Source: a virus
Taxonomy: Duplodnaviria > Caudoviricetes
Reading direction: 5' to 3' (one strand)
DNA: 64,000 bases
IMG/VR virus record: IMGVR_UViG_3300011008_000016
Coordinates: 32,001-96,000 of that record
Shown here: piece after piece, positions 41,169-51,528 of the stretch
Position numbering within the stretch: the first letter of the stretch is position 1
Layout of the letters: every line of letters begins with the position of its first letter
Program-made: the position numbers and the translations under genes
Notes under the pieces: model-generated
The model's input: the letters and a program-made list of their open reading frames with translations, nothing else
Told to the model about the DNA's origin: nothing
Databases searched by the model: none

Positions 41169-43091
41169 TTACATGTTCTCAGCCGTTACAGCAGAATCAT
41201 AGTTCTTGATCTTGAGCTGGAACGCGAACGGAACGTAAGGACGTGTGAAGAACGTAGCAACACACATTACGTTCGGGTTGTTCGGCATCTCGCGTACCCT
41301 GTGGTCACGATCAAAGTACAGAGCCCTCTTGAAATGTTTCCAAGTAAGGAAGTTCTGCTCGTTGATCGGGAAGCCAAGTCCGCGAATTCCATCCTCTTCC
41401 TTGAATTTCAGGGAAGTGATGATACGAAGAGCATTTCCATCCTGAGTCGTAACACCCATGTTGTAGTCGGAACGGATTCCGCCAATGATGTTATCGCCAG
41501 CATTGACCTTCCAGTCGAAATTACTTCCGACAAAGAGAGAAGCCACATTCGGATGGCAATATGCTGTAAGTCTGAACGGCTCGTTCTGGCAGGTCCTGCG
41601 AGCTTCACGAATAATCGCATTCAGCTCATTGCTGACCTTATCCTGTAAGTACTCAAGCCGCTTCATGTACGGATTATTCTGATCATACGCAACATCCACT
41701 GTACGCGTAATGAACACACGACCTTTGAAGTGAATGAACGGATGCTCAGTGACACCACGCCACTTCTCGGTCTCATCCTGAATCGTCTTGACGATAGAAG
41801 TATCCTCAAGATTGTTGTAAATCTCTGTCAGGCGGTTAATACCCCAAGCGATGATATCGATGGAAGCAGTCTCGTTGTACAAACGCATATCCTCAACAGT
41901 GATAGGCAGATTTGCACGATACCCTTCCGGGATTGGATGCTGCCATGCATCGTATTCATCTCTGAACGACAGATATTCCATGTTATTCTTATTGGACAGA
42001 TTTCCGCCGAAGCGAACCTGCTTTACAAGACCGTTCATGGAAACAACGCTGACACGAGCGGTATACTCGTCGTAGGTAGCCATCAGGACATCCTCGGCAT
42101 ATCTCTCGATATTACCAGCAGCATCCTTAACAGGGAACCTTACCTTACCGCCAATCTGGTTCTTCGGGCTAATAGCGGTCGTATCCAGATACTTCTCAAG
42201 TCCAGAAATCTCAACCATATAGCTCTCGCCCGCAGAGTTCGTAACCATAGCACGAGCGGCATCAATGCAAACATTGATATCCAGTGCGTCGCCGATTTCA
42301 CGAGCCCCACCAGACTCACCAAGCAGGTCAAGGTCTTCGACCCTACCAGCCTTATCTGTGAACTTATATTTCTTTTCAGAACTTCCTTCACCCTCAGTGA
42401 AATCAGGAGTACCAGTGGAAGAAGCCTCAAGCTCCTCAACACCATCCTCCGGATACCAAGTGGAAGTAACCCTCGGTCCCTTAGCGGACTGAAGGATTTC
42501 AGCCGTTGCATCGTAATCGTTGTATACATCCGGCTCAAGATGACGCTGTCCATCCTTCGTTACGATGTACTTGAACTGCTCCTTAATACGAATGAAGTGC
42601 TGCTTCGGCACGATGTAAGGAAGTAGATCCTTTCCGACAAGCGGAAGATATGTACGAATGATAACAAAAGGTAAGAAAGCATCGTAAGGCGTTAATTCGC
42701 CAATACCCCTTTGGTTCGCATTTGCTACACGCATTTCGGTGGTAGAATTCTCCAGAAGTCTCTGGAGGTTTCCTCTATGCAAGTCAGCCATGCCAACTGC
42801 TTCGGAGACTTCGTCATCGTCTTCGGTCATGCTCTCAAGGAAAACGCACGCACCTTTTTCGTAACTATTATCACCGAATAACTGCAAGCCATTGGAGTTA
42901 TCTACTGACTCCATTGCCATCGCAATGGTCGTATCTTCGAAATCTTTACTGTAAAGACTCATCGGGTCCCGAATAGGATCAGCGTAACCGGCTACTCGTC
43001 CAATGAATGATTCCATGGACTGGACAAGGTCTTCCGGAGTCTCACGCTTATACATATTGAGACGCTGAGTTCTGTTCATACCAGCACTCAT
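41169..43091 (-). CDS. major capsid protein (precursor)
   Basis: 640 aa; strongly biased codon usage; N-terminal region rich in x-x-E-S/A cleavage-like sites; strong terminator; lies near terminase. Confidence 0.7.
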   Translation of the reverse strand: MSAGMNRTQRLNMYKRETPEDLVQSMESFIGRVAGYADPIRDPMSLYSKDFEDTTIAMAMESVDNSNGLQLFGDNSYEKGACVFLESMTEDDDEVSEAVGMADLHRGNLQRLLENSTTEMRVANANQRGIGELTPYDAFLPFVIIRTYLPLVGKDLLPYIVPKQHFIRIKEQFKYIVTKDGQRHLEPDVYNDYDATAEILQSAKGPRVTSTWYPEDGVEELEASSTGTPDFTEGEGSSEKKYKFTDKAGRVEDLDLLGESGGAREIGDALDINVCIDAARAMVTNSAGESYMVEISGLEKYLDTTAISPKNQIGGKVRFPVKDAAGNIERYAEDVLMATYDEYTARVSVVSMNGLVKQVRFGGNLSNKNNMEYLSFRDEYDAWQHPIPEGYRANLPITVEDMRLYNETASIDIIAWGINRLTEIYNNLEDTSIVKTIQDETEKWRGVTEHPFIHFKGRVFITRTVDVAYDQNNPYMKRLEYLQDKVSNELNAIIREARRTCQNEPFRLTAYCHPNVASLFVGSNFDWKVNAGDNIIGGIRSDYNMGVTTQDGNALRIITSLKFKEEDGIRGLGFPINEQNFLTWKHFKRALYFDRDHRVREMPNNPNVMCVATFFTRPYVPFAFQLKIKNYDSAVTAENM

Positions 43092-45916
43092 GACTTGTTA
43101 TTCCTCCTTCTATTCTTTATTTTTGTACCCTCATCGCCTAAATCTACTGCTGCTTTAAACAGTTTCAGATTCATTCTCAGAGTACTCATGAGAATATTGT
43201 AGTAATAAAGGTTGAACGCGTAATCACTCTCACTGAATTGGAACTGGATGAATTTTTCAATGAAAGTCTTTACGTCCTGGAGGTTCTTTACCACCTTAGC
43301 CATGATACTATTAGCATCTGGTGTTGGTAGCACGACTCCATTTACCGAGTCCAATACATCTATTACTGTTTGATGCATGGACAGAAAACTGTTCAACAGG
43401 AAGTAATTCTTTATTTCTTTGTTGTCATAACGGTTTCCATTTTCATTATTATCTTCCTCTGTAGAGGAATCATCAGAAGATGTATCATCTGTTGAATTAT
43501 CGTCTCCAGAATCATCCATACCTTCATCGCCTTCTGTGGTATCATCCTCTCCCATTCCCTCGGCTCCAGCATCATCAGCCATATCTGTATAATCAGTGGC
43601 TTCTTCATCCCCACCATCATTCTCAGTTGATTCTTCATCACCTGTATCATCTGGTGTATCATCGGTTGGTTCTGTTACTTCTTCTCCTTCATCTTCTGTT
43701 CCAGTATCGTCAGGAGCATTTTCTTCTCCTTCATCTGGATTGTCTTCACTACCATCAGAAGTTTCGTCTGTTTCATCATCGGTTGGTTCATCTGGTGTTT
43801 CTTCGTCAGAGTCATCATCGTCTTCAGCACCAGCTTCATCAGCCATATTGGTATAATCCGTAGCTCCTTCTCCACCGGTAGCTTCGTCAGGTTCAGCATT
43901 GTCATCATCCGATTCTGCACCTTCTTCATCTGCCATATCAGTGTAATCTGTAGCCGTTTCTGGCTCTTCCTCATCATCGTCATCATCTGCTTCCATAACA
44001 GATTTCAGATTTAATGTACGAACTTCAGCAGCTTCCATTTGAGCCATATATTCCATCTGATTGGATTGACATTCAGCTAATGATGCATAAATCATATTAA
44101 CAACTCGACTACTGAAATCAGCAAAATCTCCAGTATCTTCTGTACCATCCCATTCGTCATCAAAATCACCTCGTTCGAATTGTTGTAACATCATTCGCAG
44201 TACACCTTTTTCTTTATCACAAATTTGATATCTTTTCTGAGGTGGTAATGATTTATCTTGAACCTCTTTAGCTAATTGCTCAAGAGTTTTTAGATAATCT
44301 TTTAATGAGAAGTTCTCAGTAACTAGTTGATAATATTTCCCAAAACGGTTTTTCTTACCGACTTTAATGTCTTTCATATGGAACCGTTTTATACGTCTGA
44401 TGATATTATTGGCTAACTCTTCTTCCTCATCCTTTTTTGCGTAATTGAAGAATTTAATAGCCGATTTAACATGTTTTTCATCAGGTATTGGATAAGCTTT
44501 TCTCTCAGGGAGACCATAGCAATCATCAGGATATTTCTTCTCCATTATGATGTCACCTATATTGAATGCTTCAAAAATAGGCTCATCAATCTGACAAGAG
44601 AAATCCGGAAGATGAATGTCGTCATCCATAAACTCCAGATTATGAGTTTTCATATATTCCTCAATGTCATCTCCTGGCTGAATATCTCCGTTTATTCTTG
44701 CATCATCTAATCTTTCCCGAATAAATTTCTCATCCAAATAGTTATGGGTTTTGAATGATTTATATTCGCTTACCTTTGGAAAAATAACATCCTCTGTATT
44801 TTCGTTTGTTATCTCTATGATATCTTTAAAATCATAAATTGATACATTGAATACATCTCTTCTTTCATAAGGAATATCTGACTCTCTGAATGTATATTCC
44901 TTTAAAGAAGGGTCATTCCCAATTCCAATATCGAGTCCTTTAGCGTTAATTGTATATACGTAGAATCGACACTTTTTATCAAGTAAGTCTCGTTCCTGAA
45001 TATAATCAAGAACCTTCTTACTCATAACAAGATACCCATTGACAAATAATACTTTCAAATCTTTGGAATCTTGAATTCCATATCCAGGTTCAAATGTTTC
45101 ATTCAGCATATTTGTAAACGCCTTTGAAGCTCCATAAAGTTTTGCATAGTCAAATTCACCAAAACAAAAAGTAGACCAACCTGGTTTCTCAAAGGAATTA
45201 CCAAGGTCTATACTCATTGGTTTAAATTTGTCTATTTCACAAACTGTACCGTGGAATAATTTTTCTCCCGGTACAATGATAGGGGAATTATTATCTGTTG
45301 ATTCGTTGATAATGTCTCCTCTGTACGCATTTAATGCAAACTTTGCTTCATCTGAGACAAATTGAGAATGTATTAAGGCTTCAACATGTTCTCGTCTGAG
45401 ATATTTAGCTACTTTAGGAATTTCATAGAATTTTCCGTTCGTAGCCATATCATCATCCAAATCCTTTTCTTCTATCTTGGATTTGTCATATGGCCCATCA
45501 TAAACTCCAATGAATACATCTGAGATACTTCCGACATATTCTATTGGCATATCACCGCCCTTTAGAAGAAATCCAGGTTCATACATTTCATAACACTGAA
45601 TCCCGGAATTATACACTAAAGCAACGCTTAGCAGAGCTTCTTCATTAGTTTCGGCAATCGCTTGTTCAGACTTAGAAGAATCTGCATCTATGGAACCACC
45701 TGGTATCCGATATTCATATTTCTTTTTATCGGGTGGTACCTTATCTATATTATCCTTGATTCTGAGAAATATTTCTCTTCCGTTTCGTAATACAAGCATT
45801 TCAACCCTTGGTCTGTATGGTTTGTCTTTAAACCATACAATCGGGTGATACACTCCTTTATATATAAAGGAAGGATCACCAACCTTAATGGGTTTTCCAC
45901 CATCAGGTATAATCAT
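43088..45916 (-). CDS. multidomain head-associated protein: Nudix, ART-like domain and acidic repeat region
   Basis: PGGSIDADSSKSEQAIAETNEE Nudix box; LFHGT...STF...YVY...EY pattern; three ATDYT(D/N)MAD repeats; stop overlaps the capsid start. Confidence 0.6.
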   Translation of the reverse strand: MIIPDGGKPIKVGDPSFIYKGVYHPIVWFKDKPYRPRVEMLVLRNGREIFLRIKDNIDKVPPDKKKYEYRIPGGSIDADSSKSEQAIAETNEEALLSVALVYNSGIQCYEMYEPGFLLKGGDMPIEYVGSISDVFIGVYDGPYDKSKIEEKDLDDDMATNGKFYEIPKVAKYLRREHVEALIHSQFVSDEAKFALNAYRGDIINESTDNNSPIIVPGEKLFHGTVCEIDKFKPMSIDLGNSFEKPGWSTFCFGEFDYAKLYGASKAFTNMLNETFEPGYGIQDSKDLKVLFVNGYLVMSKKVLDYIQERDLLDKKCRFYVYTINAKGLDIGIGNDPSLKEYTFRESDIPYERRDVFNVSIYDFKDIIEITNENTEDVIFPKVSEYKSFKTHNYLDEKFIRERLDDARINGDIQPGDDIEEYMKTHNLEFMDDDIHLPDFSCQIDEPIFEAFNIGDIIMEKKYPDDCYGLPERKAYPIPDEKHVKSAIKFFNYAKKDEEEELANNIIRRIKRFHMKDIKVGKKNRFGKYYQLVTENFSLKDYLKTLEQLAKEVQDKSLPPQKRYQICDKEKGVLRMMLQQFERGDFDDEWDGTEDTGDFADFSSRVVNMIYASLAECQSNQMEYMAQMEAAEVRTLNLKSVMEADDDDDEEEPETATDYTDMADEEGAESDDDNAEPDEATGGEGATDYTNMADEAGAEDDDDSDEETPDEPTDDETDETSDGSEDNPDEGEENAPDDTGTEDEGEEVTEPTDDTPDDTGDEESTENDGGDEEATDYTDMADDAGAEGMGEDDTTEGDEGMDDSGDDNSTDDTSSDDSSTEEDNNENGNRYDNKEIKNYFLLNSFLSMHQTVIDVLDSVNGVVLPTPDANSIMAKVVKNLQDVKTFIEKFIQFQFSESDYAFNLYYYNILMSTLRMNLKLFKAAVDLGDEGTKIKNRRRNNKS

Positions 45917-46062
45917 CGGATTATCCTCCTTTCTATTACTTGATTAAATGCTTGTGGACTGGAACCAATTTCTACGAACTAAGCTGAAATTCAATGATAT
46001 ATTATACGAATATATAAGAGTTCTTATATACATACATATTTTACATCAAAGGAGGTATTATC

Positions 46063-46245
46063 ATGATGAAAAAGAGGTTGCTTAAAAGTTTTGGTGAGAC
46101 GATTGACGAGAATTTTACCGCAGAAGATTTTTCTGGTAATCTCGGTGAGTTGCTTGCTGATCCAGTTGCAGACAGGATGCCCGATCACATTCGTCAGTTC
46201 GTACAGACGGTTTACGAACTGGCGTGTTCAGTTGTGATGAAATAA
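46063..46245 (+). CDS. small early hypothetical protein
   Basis: TATATTAT at 45998; RBS AGGAGG. Confidence 0.6.
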   Translation: MMKKRLLKSFGETIDENFTAEDFSGNLGELLADPVADRMPDHIRQFVQTVYELACSVVMK

Positions 46246-47225
46246 CTATGAAAGGAGACTTATGGCGTTGGAAAGGGGTGGATATAATGGATCAAAATGT
46301 TTATAAAGATTCTGCAACAATGAAAAGACTGCTTGACAATAGATTACAGAAACTTGGTCCGGTCATATACGGATATAATCACTACGAGAAATTTAAGGTA
46401 TTCGAGGTGCAGCGTTTAGGTGAAAGTGACTATATTCTTGGAATACAAGGTGGTATATCATGTGGTAGAAATTTCTATAGATTCCACCGTAAGGAATACG
46501 AGAGACTTTATCCAAATGTATTCCAAAAAGAAGATAGGTTGCTCCCTGCTTTATCTGCATTCTCGGAATCAACAGAACTCGTTCAGGCACAAGAAACACT
46601 CGATAACTTTACGACAATGGATTTTTCATCCGCTAAGTTCATCCCAATTGATTGGATTGATAAAGATATTGTATTTAAGCCTGGTAATCAAGTAATACGG
46701 GATTTGATAGATGTTACATTTGAAACCTTTGTTATTACGGAGATATTGAAAGGCGTTCATGGAAATGTAAAACATTTATCAAAGCTTACATTATCAAGCT
46801 TATTCACAATTATGCTACATGCAGTTAGTGTAGACTCAGTTCATCATCACAATGGTTGGCGGATAGAAAATGAAAGACAGAAAGATGAAGAAGTTCACGA
46901 TTTTGAATTTAGGATAGGAGACTTAACAGATAAAGAACTTGATCAGTTGGAGATAAAAAGTAAACGGGAGGGAACATGGTTATCTCAGTATGAAGAACAT
47001 TCTTTGGTTGTACTTCAGGGACAAGAGATGGACCTTGATACAAATGCTAAAGACGTTGTTAGAATAAAGGGTATTCGACCTGGTAATGCCCTAAACCTTT
47101 ATCATAAACCGGTGGATAAAGGTATTATGTTCGCAATGATGTATATCGTTGTAAATATGATTAATTCTCAGTCGGAAAACCATCCGATGATTGTTGATAA
47201 AAAGAAAGGAGTTAAAGAAGTGTGA
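46224..47225 (+). CDS. hypothetical protein
   Basis: long ORF; the real start is probably an internal ATG (e.g. 46288). Confidence 0.65.
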   Translation: MFSCDEITMKGDLWRWKGVDIMDQNVYKDSATMKRLLDNRLQKLGPVIYGYNHYEKFKVFEVQRLGESDYILGIQGGISCGRNFYRFHRKEYERLYPNVFQKEDRLLPALSAFSESTELVQAQETLDNFTTMDFSSAKFIPIDWIDKDIVFKPGNQVIRDLIDVTFETFVITEILKGVHGNVKHLSKLTLSSLFTIMLHAVSVDSVHHHNGWRIENERQKDEEVHDFEFRIGDLTDKELDQLEIKSKREGTWLSQYEEHSLVVLQGQEMDLDTNAKDVVRIKGIRPGNALNLYHKPVDKGIMFAMMYIVVNMINSQSENHPMIVDKKKGVKEV

Positions 47226-47917
47226 GAAAAGAAACTGCAAACGCCTTAATTGATACTATAATAAAAACAGCAGAACTCTTAAAGGGAGAGACTGTTGCTG
47301 AGGATAGCCCAGATTCATTAATGAATGATGGTAAATTATCCAATGATAATTTTATACAGGTAATCAGACCCGCTGAGATAACTATTGGTCGAGTTGATCT
47401 TAATGATTATCTTAGGTTTTCAATATATGGAAAGTACTATTCAGCAACTGCGATTAAGCAAGAAACAGATTCTATGCTATTCTGTTTTAATAATTGTCTT
47501 TCTGATGATGTTCCTATGTTTACCGAGGAACCAGTTAATGGCGGGTATGACGTGTCTGATTTACGGAAATTTTTAAAGAAAATAGAGAACGAATTCCCTG
47601 CGAATATCAAAAAGCGTATGATTCCATTCAAGAATGGTGATTTGTTACGAATTGCTACCTGTGAGGAAATTCTTGATAAATACGAATTTGTTGATAGATC
47701 ATGTGAAGATTTGGGAGGTAATCAGATTCCGTACTTCAAAAATTTTAAGAAAAGGATTGCACTAAGAGATGATGAACCTGAATGGTATTGGATGCAAAAC
47801 AGGATTAAAGGAAGTCCATCGTACTTCGCAATTTGTTATCATGATGGACGCTGTGGTTCTTCTGATCCAACTGTTCCGCATGGTGTACGCCCATTCTTTC
47901 AAATTCGAAATATATAG
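47222..47917 (+). CDS. DUF6273-like (CLec-type) protein with a DGR VR-like C-terminus
   Basis: GGYDVSDLRKFL ... WYWMQN ... GVRPFF. Confidence 0.75.
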   Translation: MRKETANALIDTIIKTAELLKGETVAEDSPDSLMNDGKLSNDNFIQVIRPAEITIGRVDLNDYLRFSIYGKYYSATAIKQETDSMLFCFNNCLSDDVPMFTEEPVNGGYDVSDLRKFLKKIENEFPANIKKRMIPFKNGDLLRIATCEEILDKYEFVDRSCEDLGGNQIPYFKNFKKRIALRDDEPEWYWMQNRIKGSPSYFAICYHDGRCGSSDPTVPHGVRPFFQIRNI

Positions 47918-48066
47918 TTGTTAAGTAAGTTATTTTTATCGTTCAACTGTCTAAGTTAATATAAAGGCAGTTGAACGATTGTATTTCAGTAATGAACTCA
48001 ACACCCAACTAATGGAAATGATTACCATTTATTTTTTTGTATTCTATATATGAAAGGAGCTATTAG

Positions 48067-49218
48067 ATGAGTGAATTGCTTAGTGATAAAATTTTGACAA
48101 ATATGACAACTCATATTTTGAGTTCAATGAAACTCTCCGCAGAGTGTCATATTGTCGATGGGTATTTGAATCCATATGATTTTTTGAATAACGCAATCAG
48201 TAAATCAGAAAGTTATTGGATTCCGACGATTCAGAAGGCTGCAACGGATACAGATATTTATAAATTCCATTTGCTTCCGTTAAGAACTGATGAAAATGCA
48301 ACTGTTGGGTTTAAGATTACAGCGACAGTTGAGAAATATACAGAAGGTGTATTGGCTTATTCTGACAGAGAGTTACAGTCGTATACATTCCCAGATGATA
48401 CATTGAAGACCTTTTATACCGCTATAGCCACTCTTGTCCAATATTATATAAAAAATAAGAGTTGGCTTGAAGCTGAGGTGGGTACTAGTACAGTCAATGT
48501 CCCTATCTTTCATGCCGATAGATTCAAGACTGTTGATAGCGAAGGGAATGAGACGCCAATCAGTACACAGGTGGATGTCGAAACGTATCAGGAAGAACAG
48601 TCAGGGGAAGCGGCAAAGAAGAAATATGGTGATCCGATAGTGGTTATGAGACCCTCTACCCAAACAATACAAGGTGGTACGGATACATTTACACATAACG
48701 ACTCTATAACGATTGGATTACCGACAGGAGCATATACAGCTACTGTGGTGGCAGTTCCTGGTGATGGAAGTGCAATGTTTGCTTTTGATGCTCTTTATTC
48801 TGAGAAAACATTGATGATTACGGCTGGTGGTATTGCTGGTGGTTATGAAGCTTCTAATTTGAGAAGTTTTCTTCAGGGACTATTTGATCAATTTCCTGAT
48901 GATATCAAGAAGAAATGTGTTGCTTTCAGTAATGGAGATTATTTATCCATACCGACAACTGCTCAATTATTTGGATTAACTCCGGACAATGCAGCCACTA
49001 ATGGACAACTCGAATATTTTAAAGACCGTAGACATCGTATTGCAAACTTGGATGGAGACTGGTATCCGTATTGGTGTCAAGATACCAGTATCAACAATAC
49101 GTTTATCGTGTGTTCGAAAGGTGGAGATTTTGATTATGCGAATTCCAACAATGAAGATGTTGGAATACGGATTTTATTTAAGTTAAAGCTTGATTCGAAC
49201 AAGAAACTTGATGTTTAA
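48067..49218 (+). CDS. protein with a C-terminal DUF6273-like domain
   Basis: GGYEASNLRSFL ... PYWCQD ... GIRILF; paralogous to the C-part of 47222-47917; AACA-N6-TAA at 48000. Confidence 0.7.
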   Translation: MSELLSDKILTNMTTHILSSMKLSAECHIVDGYLNPYDFLNNAISKSESYWIPTIQKAATDTDIYKFHLLPLRTDENATVGFKITATVEKYTEGVLAYSDRELQSYTFPDDTLKTFYTAIATLVQYYIKNKSWLEAEVGTSTVNVPIFHADRFKTVDSEGNETPISTQVDVETYQEEQSGEAAKKKYGDPIVVMRPSTQTIQGGTDTFTHNDSITIGLPTGAYTATVVAVPGDGSAMFAFDALYSEKTLMITAGGIAGGYEASNLRSFLQGLFDQFPDDIKKKCVAFSNGDYLSIPTTAQLFGLTPDNAATNGQLEYFKDRRHRIANLDGDWYPYWCQDTSINNTFIVCSKGGDFDYANSNNEDVGIRILFKLKLDSNKKLDV

Positions 49219-49279
49219 CTTCTTAGTAAGTGATAAGAAGAAGGATGCGACTCCGAAAGGAACCCCACCCCTCTTCTTA

Positions 49280-50491
49280 TCACCTTTTGTCCGGATCATC
49301 ATCGAAATAAGGATACTCCATATTATCAATATCTGAAATATCCGTTGGACCCATTTGTATTACTCTATACTTTCGATTTGCGAAATCGTATACGTAATCA
49401 GAACCCGGCTTGATATGTAATGAGTCCATTATATCAGGATTCGTATCTGATGGTAACTCAACTCCTTCTACAACCTCTCCATTTCCATCCAATGCAACGA
49501 ATTGATATTGACCATCTGAAAGTTCATATACACAGATATCAACATCTCTTCCCTCGTTTGCGATATAGCCATATTCATCTCCATTAACGATTCCACCACC
49601 ATATCGTAACCCTTGAATTGGCTGTGTTGGGTTGAATCCCATATTCATAGCGAGTCCATCAACCTTAGAAGGGTCAACTTCTTCTCTATTCATAATAGTA
49701 GATGGTTGGTCATCGAAAATAGGATTGTATTCGAAGTTACTATCGACAGGAAACTGTTGTGCACCAAGTTCAGTCATGTTTCTTGGACCACCACTAATGA
49801 TATTACGATAGAACAAATCTGCTACACTATCTGTATCCTGTCCTACCCCTTCTGCACTATCTTTCATTGCTTTAAGTTTCCAGTCAACCTGTTTAGAACG
49901 AAGTGCAGCCATTTCTTTAATAATCTGCAACTTCGTAGTATTGATTCCGTTATAAGCCGCTACTAAATCAGAGTAATTTTTTGTAATACCAACTGACCGG
50001 GCACCGGCTCCTTTTCCACCAGAAGCCATTTTATTCAACTGATTACGGATAGTTGTACCATGAGACTTCACTTCTTTTAGAACTTCTGATAACATTGCAA
50101 GTTCTTTCTTAAACACTTTACCATATTTATCATTGTCATCTACCAAGTTTTCATCTAATTGAAATCCAACCATCTGTTCATCTGTGATGGATTCAATAGG
50201 TGAATACTCTAATGCACTGGATTCTAAATCTGAAACAAAATCTCCCCAATCACTATTAGTCGCAACATTGGTAGGTTTAATAGGTTCCATAGGTTGTATT
50301 GTTGTAACTTCTTCTTGTTTTTCTTCTTCCTTTGGTTTGATATCTTTTATTGAGAACGAATTAGAACCACCTGGTTGCCGTGCAGGTTTTGACATTTGTT
50401 CCAATTCTTTTAGGAATGCTTTACGTTTTTCGTCTTTTTTATATTGCTCAAACTCTTCATCTGAGAGTATTTTAATTTCCCATTTAGCCAT
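49280..50491 (-). CDS. hypothetical protein
   Basis: 403-aa ORF; AACA-N6-TAA at 50517-50529. Confidence 0.7.
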   Translation of the reverse strand: MAKWEIKILSDEEFEQYKKDEKRKAFLKELEQMSKPARQPGGSNSFSIKDIKPKEEEKQEEVTTIQPMEPIKPTNVATNSDWGDFVSDLESSALEYSPIESITDEQMVGFQLDENLVDDNDKYGKVFKKELAMLSEVLKEVKSHGTTIRNQLNKMASGGKGAGARSVGITKNYSDLVAAYNGINTTKLQIIKEMAALRSKQVDWKLKAMKDSAEGVGQDTDSVADLFYRNIISGGPRNMTELGAQQFPVDSNFEYNPIFDDQPSTIMNREEVDPSKVDGLAMNMGFNPTQPIQGLRYGGGIVNGDEYGYIANEGRDVDICVYELSDGQYQFVALDGNGEVVEGVELPSDTNPDIMDSLHIKPGSDYVYDFANRKYRVIQMGPTDISDIDNMEYPYFDDDPDKR

Positions 50492-50609
50492 AATATTCTC
50501 TCCTTTCTAAAGACTATTATAGTCGTGTTAAAATCACAATATTTATTGTAACTCAGATTTTACGACTATATTAACCCTTTACTAAAATAAACTATAAGGA
50601 GGAAAAAGT

Positions 50610-51068
50610 ATGAGAGTTACACCATATATTTCTCGGAAAAATCTGAGTAATAACAGAACAATGAAAATCATCAATAACTCTATTGTTAATCTAGCTCAGA
50701 TAACACTCACAAAACCAGATGAAGATAAGCTTCGGACAATTTATACAAAAGTTGCTGAAGATAACTGGATAGTTGTTTATGAGCTACCTGAACACGATAA
50801 AGAATTTTGTCCGTGCTGTGGAAAACATGTTGACCATTATAATATTTTTGACGGTTACCTTTGTAATGGGTATGAATGTATTGATAATCATACACTTGTA
50901 CAGAGATTAATCAGGTATGTTAGGCAATACAAGACCTTTAGTTTAATCAGTTCTAAAATAATGAAAGAACTTCCTCATGAAAATGCAAATGCCCTCAAAG
51001 CATATGTTTTAGATTATATTGATAGCAATGATAAAACAAATAATAACGGAGGTACAATTAATGCTTGA
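50610..51068 (+). CDS. hypothetical Zn-binding protein
   Basis: CPCC...CNGYEC; TATATTAA at 50567. Confidence 0.6.
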   Translation: MRVTPYISRKNLSNNRTMKIINNSIVNLAQITLTKPDEDKLRTIYTKVAEDNWIVVYELPEHDKEFCPCCGKHVDHYNIFDGYLCNGYECIDNHTLVQRLIRYVRQYKTFSLISSKIMKELPHENANALKAYVLDYIDSNDKTNNNGGTINA

Positions 51069-51522
51069 AGTAATCATGTACACAGATGGTGCTGCAAGAG
51101 GAAATCCTGATGGACCGGGTGGATATGGAATCGTTCTAAAGATAAAGAACGAGAGTGGTGAAGAAACTCAGGCTGAATTTTCAGCAGGGTTTCACAGAAC
51201 CACAAACAATCGTATGGAGCTTCTGGCTGTTATTGTCGGTTTAGAAGCTCTTCAAGAGACTGCAAATGTATTGGTGGTATCTGATTCTAAATATGTCACT
51301 GATACGTTTAATAAGGACTGGATTCATAACTGGAAAAAGAATGGCTGGAGAACTGCGACGAATAAGCCGGTGAAGAATCTTGATCTTTGGCATCGCTTAC
51401 TTAAAGTTATGAAGCATCATAATGTAACCTTTAAATGGATACGGGGACATGATGGTGATTTATTAAATGAACGATGTGACCAGTTAGCTACAGAAGCCGC
51501 AGATAAAATGAAAGGAGAATGA
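51061..51522 (+). CDS. rnhA: ribonuclease HI
   Basis: YTDGAARGNP, TTNNRMEL, SDSKY, KNLDLW, WIRGH, NERCDQLA; RBS GGAGG before the ATG at 51061. Confidence 0.96.
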   Translation: MLEVIMYTDGAARGNPDGPGGYGIVLKIKNESGEETQAEFSAGFHRTTNNRMELLAVIVGLEALQETANVLVVSDSKYVTDTFNKDWIHNWKKNGWRTATNKPVKNLDLWHRLLKVMKHHNVTFKWIRGHDGDLLNERCDQLATEAADKMKGE

Positions 51523-51528
51523 TTTTTA

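Noticed and set aside
41091-42626. Long + strand ORFs (185 and 298 aa) opposite the capsid gene
   Set aside because: Antisense shadows of a gene with strong codon bias; no RBS or motifs. The same applies to ORFs opposite the sheath and chaperonin genes
43440-44000. Repetitive TCATC/TTC-rich DNA as a CRISPR or tandem array
   Set aside because: It is explained by Asp/Glu-rich coding sequence on the minus strand; there is no repeat-spacer periodicity
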